Positions 11,375 through 22,939 of a stretch of 64,000 bases of DNA are shown here, one piece after another. This stretch comes from Hypanus sabinus (taxonomy: Eukaryota), in the NCBI RefSeq assembly GCF_030144855.1, contig NC_082713.1:61070001-61134000 (forward strand), given 5' to 3'. Each line of letters opens with the position of its first letter. Position 1 is the stretch's first letter. The notes beneath the pieces are model-generated. The model saw nothing but the letters and a program-made list of their open reading frames with translations, was not told the DNA's origin and did not search any database. A program made the position numbers and the translations under genes.

Positions 11375-11570
11375 TACACACAAAATGTTGGAGGAGGTCA
11401 GCAGGCTAGGGAGCATCTGGAGAAATGAGTAAACAGTTGACAGGGTCACGGCCGAAAATGTCGACTGTTTACTCTTTTCCATAGATGCTGCCGTGCCTGC
11501 TGAGTTTCTCCAGCATTTTTGTACATTTTGCTTTAGACTTCCAGCATTTGCAGATCTTCTTGAGTTTGCC
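11375..11570. mobile_element. Palindromic remnant of Penelope-like element 3' ends
   Basis: acacacaaaatgttggagg...aaacagttgac is the reverse complement of gtcgactgtttactc...ccagcattttt. Same motif as the ends of the GIY-YIG-bearing copies at 56316 and 63383. Confidence 0.7.
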
Positions 11571-12849
11571 ATTCATCCTCACACTTCTTTTTGATAGCTA
11601 GCCAATTCTCTGTTCATCTTAATAATAACCTCCATCTCCATGAGCTTTACCTTATGCAATAATTTTTATGCATTATATTGTCAAAAGTGTTTTTAAAATC
11701 CAAATACATCACGGTATGTCAGCTGTTTACCCTCTAACTACCATGCTTGTTACATCCTGAAACAAGTCCAATAAATCTTGTCTCCCTTTTTTTAAACATA
11801 ATGACTTCAAATGCCTAGGCAGTGCACTGCAGATAATAAAATATGTATAGGTGATTGATGGAGATGAATATTGAACAGAAAGACAAAAAAAAGTTCAGAA
11901 GGTTGTCAAGGATATGCAGGTAATTTAGCACCAATCAACACGGGCTTTAGGTAGTTCACCCCCGTGAATTAAAATCAACTACATACAGTAATAAGTTGAT
12001 AATGTAAATTGACCTTTATCTTCCATCAGTCTATTAAAATTGGTTCATTAAATCCAGAATTTGTTGAGGGCAATATTTGCAATGTAGAACTAGCTGTGCA
12101 CTACTCATGCTGTCTTAGTACAGATGAAGCATTGGCAACCATCCAACTGCATTAATATATATCGTTTTGCACAAAAGCAGGACAGCTTCAGCCCAGCTAA
12201 TTACCATGCCATCAATTTTCTTTCAGTCATCTGCAACTTGATTGGAGGTGTCACTAACAATGTTACCAAACAACAGTAACCGGTATATTAACTCTCAGTT
12301 GTGGTTTCACCAAGTCAACTCTGCTACAGTGCCCATCACAAGCCTGGTTCAAATATGGACCACGGCGCTGAATTCCAGAGTTGATGATAGAATGAATCTT
12401 TTACCAAGACAGACTTCTGGTGAATATGGGATCAAAAATCCCTGGTAAGAAAGAAATTGATGAGCACCAATGAGGGAAAAAAATCTAGTGACTGGATTTG
12501 CAGTTTAGATGAGGGAGGATGGTTGTTGATTTTGGAAGTTAACTATCCCAGCTATAGGACATGAGTGCAGGATTTCTTGAGAACAATGGCCCAGGAACAA
12601 ACATCCTTGGCTGTTTCATTATTGATCTGCCTATTGGCTACTGTAAATTATCCCTAGTGTGCAAGTGGTAGAGTTTGAAGGAGGGGTGGGAAGAATTGAT
12701 GGAAATAAAGGAGAATAAAATGGTTTAGTGCATCTTCAAGAAAATTGAAAGTCAAAATTATTCATAGTCATCCTCTAGCATGAACTCCACCATAAATATT
12801 TACATTATTGATGCTGTGGCCAGATTCTGATTGAACATCAGCATGAATG

Positions 12850-13755
12850 TCATGCTGATGACGCAAAGGTTGGGGGTGTTGTGGATAGTGTGGAGGGCTA
12901 TCAAAGGTTACAGCAGGACATTGATAGGATGGAAAACTGGGCTGAGAAGTGGCAGATGGAGTTCAGTGTGAAGTGATTCATTTTGGTAAGTCAAATATGA
13001 TGGCAGAATATAGTATTAATGGTAAGACTCTTGGCAGTGTGGAGGATCAGAGGGATCTTGGGGTCCGAGTCCATAGGATGCTCAAAGCAGCTGCACAGAT
13101 TGAATCTGTGGTTAAGAAAGCATACGGTGTATTGGTCTTCATCAATCATGGAATTGAATTTAGGAGCTGAGAGGTAATGTTGCAGCTATATAGGAACCTG
13201 GTTAAACCCCACAGAGTACTGTGCTCAGTTCTGGTCACCTCACTACAGAAACAATGTAGAAACCATTGAAAGGGTACAGAGGAGATTTACAAGAATGTTC
13301 GCTGGATTGGGGGAGCCTGCCATATGAAAACAGGTTGAGCGAACTCGGCCCTTTCTCCTTGGAGTGATGGCGAATGAGAGGTGACCTGATAGAGGTGTAT
13401 AAGATGATGAGAGGCATTAATCGTGTGGATAGTCAGAGGCTTTTTCCCAGGGCTGAAATGGTTGCCACAAGAGGACACAGGTTTAAGGTGCTGGGGAGTA
13501 GATACAGAGGAGATGTCAGGAGTAAGTTTTTTACTCAGAGAGTGGTGAGTGCATGGAATGGGCTGCCAGCAACGGTGGTGGAGGTGGATACAATAAGGTA
13601 TTTTAAGAGACTTTTGGATAGGTATATAGAGCTTAGAAAAATAGAGGGCTATGGGTAAGACTAGTAATTTCTAAGGTAAAGAACATGTTCGGCACAACTT
13701 TGTGGGCCAAAGAGCCTGCATTGTGCTGTAGGATTTCTGTTTCTATGTTTCTATA
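12850..13755 (+). mobile_element. 5'-truncated CR1 LINE, relatively young
   Basis: ADDAKVGG...WAEKWQMEF, and ORF 13374-13658 MRGDLIEVYKMMRG..FFTQRVVSAWN. Ends in a ttctatgt-type tail at 13735-13752. Confidence 0.92.
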
Positions 13756-14600
13756 AATTTGAAGATGATACCACTCTGGCAGGCTACATGCCAAATAATG
13801 ATGAGTTATAGTATAGTTAAGAGATAGAAAGTTTAGTAATATGAACTATTCCTTAGCGTAATCAAAACAAAAAAGATTTTCATTGACTTCGGTGGGGGGT
13901 GGGTGATGGGGTTGGTGGCTGTGGTGGTGTATTGTGATGTACATGCCCAATGCTTTTGTCTATATCAAAAATATTGTTAAGAGGGTTGAGAGCTTCACGT
14001 TTCCAGGTGTGAAATTCATTAATAGCCTGTCCAAGTCCAACCACAGCCAATAAAACTCACAAAAGCCTCTACTTACTCTGGAGCTAATGAAATATGGCAT
14101 GCCTCCATTGATCCATCCCAAGTTTTATCAATGCACCATAGAAAGTATCCTATCAGGTTGTCCAATGTCTCAGTAAGGCAACTACTCAGCACATCATTAG
14201 AATCAGGCTCCCCTGTATAGGCTCTTTCTACAGATTTTACTGCCTGTGAAACAGCTAGCATAATCAAATACTTCATCCATCCTGGACATTCTCTCTTCTG
14301 CCCTCTCCCATTAGGTAGAAGATACAAAAGGCTGAAAGCATATATTGCTCGGCTTAAGGAATAGTTCAAGCTTATTGTTATAAAACTACTGAATGTTTGA
14401 GTTGTATGATAAAATGGTTTCTTGTCATCACAATCCACCCTGTTGTGATCTTGCTCCTTATTGTTCATCTGCTCTATACTTTCTCTGTAGCTGTTACACT
14501 CTATTCTGCATTCTGTTATTGTTTAAATTAGCAAGCAATGCAAGTTTTTCACAATACTTTGGTAAATATGACAATAATAAAGCCAATTTCTATTCCAATA
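13753..14600 (+). mobile_element. Decayed Rex1/Babar-type LINE into which the CR1 inserted
   Basis: YKFEDDTT..NNDE at 13752-13806, HPGHSLFCPLPLGRRY near 14277-14325, and a 3' UTR ending aataataaagccaat. Confidence 0.65.
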
Positions 14601-14649
14601 ACCATTCACTCCCTTTATCACTGGCACACAGTGACTGTGGTATGTATTA

Positions 14650-17600
14650 TAGAAAAAAAGCATAGAAAACTTACAGCACAACACAGGTTCTTTGGCCCGC
14701 AAAGTTGTGCTGAAAATGCCCGTACCTTAGAAATTACTAGGCTTACTTACAGCCCTCTGTTTTACTGACCTCCATGTACCTATCCAAAAGTCTCTTAAAA
14801 GACCCTATTATATCCGCCTCCACCAGCGATTCTGGCAGCCTATTCCATGCACTCACAACTCTCTGAGTGAAAAACTTACCCCTGACATCTCTTCTGCACC
14901 TACTCCCCAGCACCTTAAACCTGTATCCTCTTGTAACAACCATTTCAGCCCTGGGAAAAAGCCTCGGACTATCCACACGATCAATGCCTCTCATCATCTT
15001 ATACACCTCTATCAGGTCACCTCTCATCCTCCGTCATTCCAAGGAGAAAAGGCCGAGTTCACTCAACCTATTCTCATAAGGCATACTCCCCAATCCAGGC
15101 AACATCCTTGTAAATCTCCTCTGCACCCTTTCTATGGCTTCCACATCCTTCCTGTAGTGAGGCAACTAGAACTGAGCACAGTCCTCCAAGAGGGGTCTGA
15201 CAAAGTTCTATAAAGCTGCAACATTACCTCTTGGCTCCTAAATTCAATTCCATGATTGATGAAGGCCAATACATCATACGCCTTCTTAATCACAGAGTCA
15301 ACCTGCTGTGGACTTGGACCCTAAGATCCCTCTGATCCTCCACACTGCCAAGGGTTTTACCATTAATGCTATATTCTGCCATCATATTTGACCTACCAAA
15401 ATGAACCACTTCACACTGAACTCCATCTGCCACTTCTCAGCCCAGTTTTCCATCCTATCAATGTCCCACTGTAACCTCTGACAGCCATCCACACTATCCA
15501 CAACACCTCCAACTTTCGTGTCATCAGCAAACTTACTAACCCATCCCTCCAGTTCCTCATCCAGGTCATTTATAAAAATCACGAAGAGTAAGGGTCCCAG
15601 AACAGATCCCTGCATCACCACACTGGTCATCGACTTCCATGCAGAATATGACCCACCTACAACCACTCTTCCCCTTCTGTGGGTAAGCCAGTTCTGGATC
15701 GACAAAGCAAGGTCCCCTTGGATTCCATGCCTCCTTACTTTCTCAATAAGCCTTGCATGGGGTATGTGTTGCCTTTAAGGCATTCATTTAGTTTATTATA
15801 TTTTCACTTTAGTAATTAGTTTGTAATCATTTTCTAGTTAAAGTTAAAGTTGTTGAAAGTAAATTCGTTGTCTGTGATATATCTCAGCATGCGATGACGT
15901 CACACCCAGTTTTGCTGTGTCCTGTGGGAAAATACCGGTTTGGAGAAATGGGAAGGAGGGGGCTTGCTTGTGCAGGATCAGCGCAAGAAAAGATTTCTTT
16001 CTACACACTAGAAACATCATAGAAGCAACACTGTAAGTTCATAAGATAATCGATATGTTGAAGTAAAAATGTTAATGCTGATTCTGTTAAAAGTAATGAT
16101 GGTTGATGAAGTTTATGTTCTTTGTTATTTAAAGAGTTGCGGATAGTTTGTGTTGAAGTGTATTTAAAGCAGTTGATGGCGTAGGTAGATTCTGATTGTA
16201 TGTTGTACTTTAATGTAATATAGTTTGTTGTAGTTTTATTTTTGCAAGTATTTATGATGTAAATGTGATTCCAAGAAGGAGACAAATACTGTATATATTT
16301 TATATTGTTTTATCAACAGTTTTTACCATACGTTAATGTGGAAGAGTGAACAGTAAACAGTTAATCTTACTGGGATCATGCCTCATTGACCGGTTTATAC
16401 TTGGTGTTTAGTTCAGAGTTTTTACACCTGTGCAAGAACACTACAGGGTACCTTATCAAATGCCTTGCTGAAATCCATATACACTACATCTACTATTCTT
16501 CCTTCATCAATGTGTTTAGTCACATCCTCAAAAAAAAAACAATCAAGCTCGTAAGGCACGACGTGCCCTTGACAAATCCATGCTGACTACTCCAAATTAT
16601 ATTATACCTCTCCAGTTGTTCATAAATCTTGCCTCTCAGGATATTCTCCAAAAACTTACCAACCACTGAGGTAAGACTCACTGTTCTATAATTTCCTGGG
16701 CTATCTATACTCTCTTTCTTGAATAAAGGAACAACATCTACAACCCTCCAATCCTCCGGAACCTCTCCTGTCCCTGTTCATGATGCAAAGATCATTGCCA
16801 GAGGCTCAGCAATCTCATCACTCGCCTCCCACAGTAGCCTGGGGTACACCTCATCCGATCCTGGTGACTTATCAAACTTGGTACTTTCCAAAAGCTCCAG
16901 CACACCCTCTTTCTTAATATCTACATGTTCAAGCTTTTCAGTCTGCTGCAAGTCATCACTACAATCATCAATATCCTTTTCCATCGTGAATACTGAAGTA
17001 AAGTATTCATTATGTACCTCTTCTATTTCCTCCTTTCCATACACACTTTCCCATTGTCACACTTGATAGCTCCTATGCTTTCACGTCTTATCCTCTTGCT
17101 CTTCTCATATTTGTAGGATACCTTGGGGTTTCCATAATCCTGCCCACAAAGGCCTTCTCATGGCCCGTTCTGGCTCTCCTAATTTCCTTCTTAAGCTCCT
17201 TCCTGTTAGCTTTATAATCTTCTAGACCTCTAACATTACCTAGCTCTGAACTTTTTGTAAGCTTTTCATTTCTGCTTGACTAGATGTATTACAGCTTTTG
17301 TACACCATGGTTCCTGTACCCTACCATAACTTCCATCTCATTGGAACGTACCTTTGCAGAACTCCACACAAATATCTCCTGAACATTTGCCACATTTCTT
17401 CCTTACTTTTCCTTGAGAATATCTGTTTCCAATCTAAGCTTCCAATTTCCTGCCTGATTGCCTCATAATTCCCCTTACTCCAATTGAATGCTTTTCTAAC
17501 TTGTCTGTTCCTATCTCTCTCCAATAAAGGCGACAGAATTATGATCACTACCTCCAAAATGCTCTCCCACTGGGAAATCAGACACCTGACCAGGTTCATT

Positions 17601-18150
17601 TCCCAACACCAAATCAAGCACAGCCTCTCCTCTTTTAGGCTTATCTACATATTGTGTCATGAAACCTTCCTGAATACACTTAACAAACTCCACCCCATCT
17701 AAATCCCTCGCTCCAGGGAGATGTCAATCAATATTTGAGAAATTAAAATCTCCCATCACAACAACTCTGTTATTATTACACCTTTCCAGGATCTGTTTCC
17801 CTATCTGCTCTTTGATATCCCTGTTACTATTGGGCGACATATTAAAAACACCCAGTAAAGTTATTGACCCCTTCCTGTTCCTAACCTCCACCCACAGAGA
17901 CTCCACAGACAATCCCTCCATGGCGTCCACCTTTTCTGCAGTCGTGACACTATCTCTGATGAATAGTACCATGCCGCCACCTCTTCTGCCTCCCTCCCTG
18001 TCCTTTCTAAACCATCTGAAACCCAGCACTTGAAGTAACCATTCCTGTCCCTGAGCCATCCAAGTCTCTGTAATGGCCACCACATCATATCTCCAAGTAC
18101 TGATCCCCACGCTAAGCTCATCCACTTTGTTCACAACACTCCTTGCGTTA
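14650..18150 (-). mobile_element. Near-complete CR1 ORF2 (APE endonuclease + RT), disrupted and interrupted by a solo LTR
   Basis: EN: NARSVVNK..YDVVAITETW..GGG..VVVMGDFNF (17724-18164). Linker KSPGSDEVYPRLL. RT: QGSVLGPLLFVIFINDL..KFADDT (15382-15705). C-terminus 14743-15027. Confidence 0.95.
15765..16445 (+). mobile_element. Solo LTR (681 bp) with 5-bp TSD (BEL/Pao- or Copia-like)
   Basis: TGT...ACA termini and exact TSD GGGTA (15760-15764, 16446-16450). The CR1 sequence rejoins cleanly across it. TGACGTCA site near 15895. Orientation and superfamily are tentative. Confidence 0.8.
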
Positions 18151-18229
18151 TCTTCGAAGTTCACTGCACTTACTCACCTTGAAAACTCCAATGTAACCTA
18201 TGAAATTCTGAATCTTTGTCACCAATAAG

Positions 18230-18400
18230 AATAAGTGCAGATGCTGGAAATCCAAAGTAACACACACAAAATGCTGGAGGAACTCAGCAGGTCAGGCAGC
18301 ATCTATGGAAAAGAGTAAATAGTTGATGGTTAGGGCCAAGACTCAAAGGTCTTGGCCCTAACTGAAGGCCAAGAAGGCCAAGACTTCAGGGCTCAAAGAT
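18230..18400 (-). mobile_element. Penelope-like 3' end remnant with scrambled local duplications
   Basis: tgcagatgctggaaatcc..acacacaaaatgctggaggaactcagcagg, then repeated and inverted ggccaaga units. Confidence 0.65.
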
Positions 18401-18509
18401 AGTGCCAGCATTCAGTAACTTAGAGCCAAAATCCTTTCACTCCTTACTTAACTGTGTTATGGAAGTACATTTACGAGACAAACTGCAGCCATTCAAGAAG
18501 GAAATTAGG

Positions 18510-20885
18510 ACTGAATTGAATCAAATTGAATTGAGTTAAATTGACTTTATTACTTAATATACTTAATATATCCTTCATATACATGAGGAGTAAAAATCTT
18601 TAAGTTACATCTCTGTTCAAATGTGCAATGTACAATTTTAGTAATTTATAATAAATATCATATACAACAGGACAGTCAATATAACATAGAAATACAGTTG
18701 CGTCAGCATGAACTAAGCAGTCTGGTGGTCTTGTGGAAGAAGCTGTCCCGGAGCCTGTTGTTCCTGGCTTTTATGCTGTGGTACCATTTCCCAGATGGTA
18801 GCAGCTGGAACAGTTGGTGGTTGGGGTAACTTGAGTCTCCAATGACCCATCAGGCCCTTTTTACACAGCTGTATTTGTAAATATCTTGAACAAAGGGAAG
18901 TTCACATCTACAAATGCACTGGGCTGTCTGCACCATTCTCTGCAGAGACCTGCGATTGAGGGAAGTACAGTCCCCACACCCGGCAGTGATGCAGCCAGTC
19001 AAGATGCTCTTAATCTTGCCCCTATAGAAAGTTCTTAGAATATGGGGAGTGGGGGCCCATACCAAACTTCTTCAACCATCTGAGGTGAAAGAGGCACTGT
19101 TGTGCCTTCTTCACCACACAGCCGGTATTACAGACCACGTGAGATCCTCGGTGATGTTTATGCAGAGGAACTTAAAGCTGTTCACCCTCTCAACCCCAGA
19201 TCCATCGATGTCTATAGGGGTTAACCTGTCTCCATTCCTCCTGTGTTCCATAACCAGCTCCTTTGTTTTTGCGACGTTGAGGGAAGGGTTATCTTCCTGG
19301 CATCACCGTGTCAGGTTGATAACTTCCTCTTTGCAGGCTGCCTCATTATGATTTGAGATTAGGCCAATCAGTATAGTGTCATCAGCAAATTTAATTAGTT
19401 GGCTGAAGCAGTAGGTGGCAACACAGTCATGGGTATGCAGAGAGTGGAGGGGGCTTAGTACACAACCCAGAGGGGTACGTATTGAGGGTTAGAGTGGCAG
19501 CAGTGAGGAAGCCCACTCTTACCACCTGCCAGCGATCTGACAGGAAGTCTAGGCAGGGTGAAGGACGAGGTCTTTCAGCTCCTTGTCCAGTCTTGAAGGA
19601 ATTATGGTGTTGAATGCTTAACTGTAGTCCAAGAACAGCATTCGCACATAAGCATCCGTCTTCTCCAGATGTATAAAGGCATTGCATAGAGTTGTGGTTA
19701 TTGTGTCATCTGTCGATCGGTTGTGTCAGTAAGCGAATTGTAGAGGGTCCAGTGTGGATGGCAGAACGCTGCAGATGTGGTACTTGACCAGCCTCTCAAA
19801 GCATTTGCTTATTATTGAGATGAGAGCAACAGGACACCAGTAATTCAGACATGTTACCTTGGTCTTTTCAGGCACAGGGACAATGGTGGATGTTTTGAAG
19901 CAGGAGGGCACTCTACAGTGGGAGAGGGACAGATTTAAAATGTCCATAAATGCACCTGCCAGTTGTGCTGTGCATATTCTGAGTACTCGTCCTGGGATGC
20001 CGTCTGGTCCTGCAGCCTTGCGACTGTCCACCCATTGGAAACACCTACATACACCTGCAAACACCTTCATAAGCTGCTGGCCGCATCATCTGCAGCTCTC
20101 CTTAGTGACTCAGTATCGGTGACATCAAATTGAGCGTAAAAAAGATTTAGCTCATCTGGGAGAGAGGCATCGATGTTGGAAACTCCACTGAGTTTAGCTT
20201 TGAAATCTGCAACCGTGTGCAGACCTTGCCATAAGCTGCGTGTGTTGTTGGTGCAAAGTTGATTCTGAATCTTGTCTCTGTATTGTTGTTTCACTGCTTC
20301 AATCACTTTGTGCAAATTGTACTTGTATTTCTTGAGTTCATGTTGGTTACCGTCAATGTAAGCTCTGTCTCACGTGGTAAATGCTGCTCACACAGAACTA
20401 TTGATCCAGGGTTTTTGTTTTGGGAAGAACCTGACCGATAGCTGGGGGACAATATCCTCAATGAACTTCCGGATGAAATTTGTGACCCCATCTGTGAACC
20501 CGGAGACATCCTCATCATGAAAGATATTCCAGTTGATGTCATCAAAGCAGTCCTGCAGCATGGAGACCGATTGGTCGGACCAACAGTGGACAGTTTTAAC
20601 TATGACCGCCTCTCATTTCAGCTTCTGCATGTACTTTGGCATCAAAAAATTAGAGGAGTGATCTGATTTTCAAAATGGGGGTGGAGCAGAGCTTTGTAAG
20701 CATGCGGAAGGAGAGTAGTAGTAGTCGAGTATGCTGTCTCCCTGTGTGCTCACCTGGATGTGTTGACAAAAACTTCAGAGACTTTAGACAGCGATGCTCT
20801 ATTAAAGTCACCGGCGTCGATGAAGGCAGCCTCTGGGTGAACAGTCTGCAGGGTGCTGATGGACTCAAACAGTTCCTTGAGAGCC
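18510..20885 (-). mobile_element. Rex1/Babar-type LINE (EN end + RT), decayed
   Basis: AGDFN; LWQGL..LPDELNLFY; [21 protein letters not shown]; TFYRG..SILTGCITA. (TTGAA)n tail at 18511-18545. Confidence 0.9.
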
Positions 20886-22939
20886 AATAAAAGGTGGTTT
20901 TACCAATGACATTCAGATTCTGAAAAACGAAGAAATGAAACTAATTAGAAAGAGAGAATAGGACGAAAACCAATCAGCAAGATGCCTTCTAATTTGCTCA
21001 TTTTCAAAATGATTGTCTTAAGAATGTGAGGGAGAAGATAACAACAGTGCTTTCAATAATTTTCCAATTTTTCAAAGAGACAAGGACAATTGGAAGGTCA
21101 TAAATATAAGGGTCATTTTCGAGAAAGGAAATTAGGTATTCTATATAACTATTGTGCCATCAATTTGTTCATCAGTGCTGGCAAACTTTGCGAAAGATAT
21201 CAGGAATAAAATTAACAGGATATAGAGAAATTTATGTTAAATTATACTGCTGGATGTAGACAATTACCACATTGTGCCAAGGTGCATAAAGCTTATTCAA
21301 CATATTCCAAAGGATATGCTGAGAGTAACTACCAATAATTATACACTTCTACATGCAATATCCTCAAAACAGATGGAACTTCCTAAATCATCACTGCTGA
21401 GCTGATTACACCACTTTATATCTTGCAAAACGTTAATTAGTAGCATTTATATTTAAATCCATTACATTATGACTAAATCATTCGGAGTGGGTCAAGCCTT
21501 CAGACTAACATTAACTATAATAAAAGGAAATTAAATGTTCAAGATATTGTATTCGCATGAACCATGCCTTTGTAATAGTTGTATTCTATATCATAAGGCG
21601 TCACATAACAAACTCAGGGGAACATAAACTATAGCATATTGTGCATTTTTTATCTTGTGATGGAAGCTAAAATTTAATTACCATAATTGGTCCCATTGTC
21701 ATGAATCTGACATGAATTCATTGATGACTACTGATATCCAATGGCAATATCTGTTCTCATTAACTTTAAAAATGTAATTAAGCACTATTACAAACTACTA
21801 CTTTCAGGAAATTACTAGAATGTATCAGTAGACCATAAGATGTAGGAGAAGAATTAGACCATTCAGGCCATTGAGTCTGTTCCAAGAATCCATAATGGCT
21901 GATTTATTATGCTCCTCAATCCTATTCTCCTTCTTTCTCCGCCTATCTTTTGATGGTGTAACTAACCAAGAATCTATCAGTTTCTATTGTAAATATGCCC
22001 AATAACTTGACCTCTACCAGTGTCTGTGGCAATGAATTCCACAGATTCATTACCATCTGGCAAAAGAAATTCCTCCTCTTCTTTGTTCTGAGGACTTCTT
22101 TCTATTCAGAATTTGTGCCCTTTGGTCATAGACATCACCCTACAGGAAATATCCTCTCCACATACACTCAATCTAAACCTGTCAATATTCAATATGGTTC
22201 TATGAGATCCCCCCCTCACTCATCATTCTAAACTGCAGCAAGTACAGACCAAGTGCCATAATACATTCCTTCTATGTTAACTTCATTCCCAGAATCATTC
22301 CCATGAAACTCCTTTAGGACCCTTTCCAATGCCAGTGCATATTTTCTTAGATTAGGTACCCAAAACTGCTCACAATATTCCACGTGCAATGTGGCCAATG
22401 CCTTATAAAGCCTCAGCATTACAACCTTACTTTTATATTCTAGTCCTCGTAAAAAGAATGCTAACATTGCATATGTCTTCTTTACCTCTGACTCAACCTG
22501 CAAATTAAACTTTAGTGAATGCTGCATGATGAATTCTTTTGCACCTCTGGTTTTATAATTTCCTCCCTGTTTAGAAAATAGTTTATGCCTTTATTTCTTT
22601 GAACAAAATGCATAACCATACATTTCCTTAAACTATATGTCATCAGCCACTTTGCCTATTTTGTCATCTGTCTAAGTCCTTCTGCAGACTTCTTGTTTCC
22701 TTGGCACTGTTTATTAAAACATAGTGTTACATACTCGTGACACATGACAGTGGTACCCTTGTCACGTGACTGGGGTTGAAGCTTTATTGGACTTGAGGTA
22801 ATGGTCTTGTGATGGTGGAGTGACGTCATTTTCCTGCCAGTAGAGATCATGTGACAGGTTTTTTTTTACAGGTTATAAAAGGAAGACCCCATTTTCATGT
22901 GACAGGTTTTTTTTACAGGTTATAAAAGGAAAACCCCAG

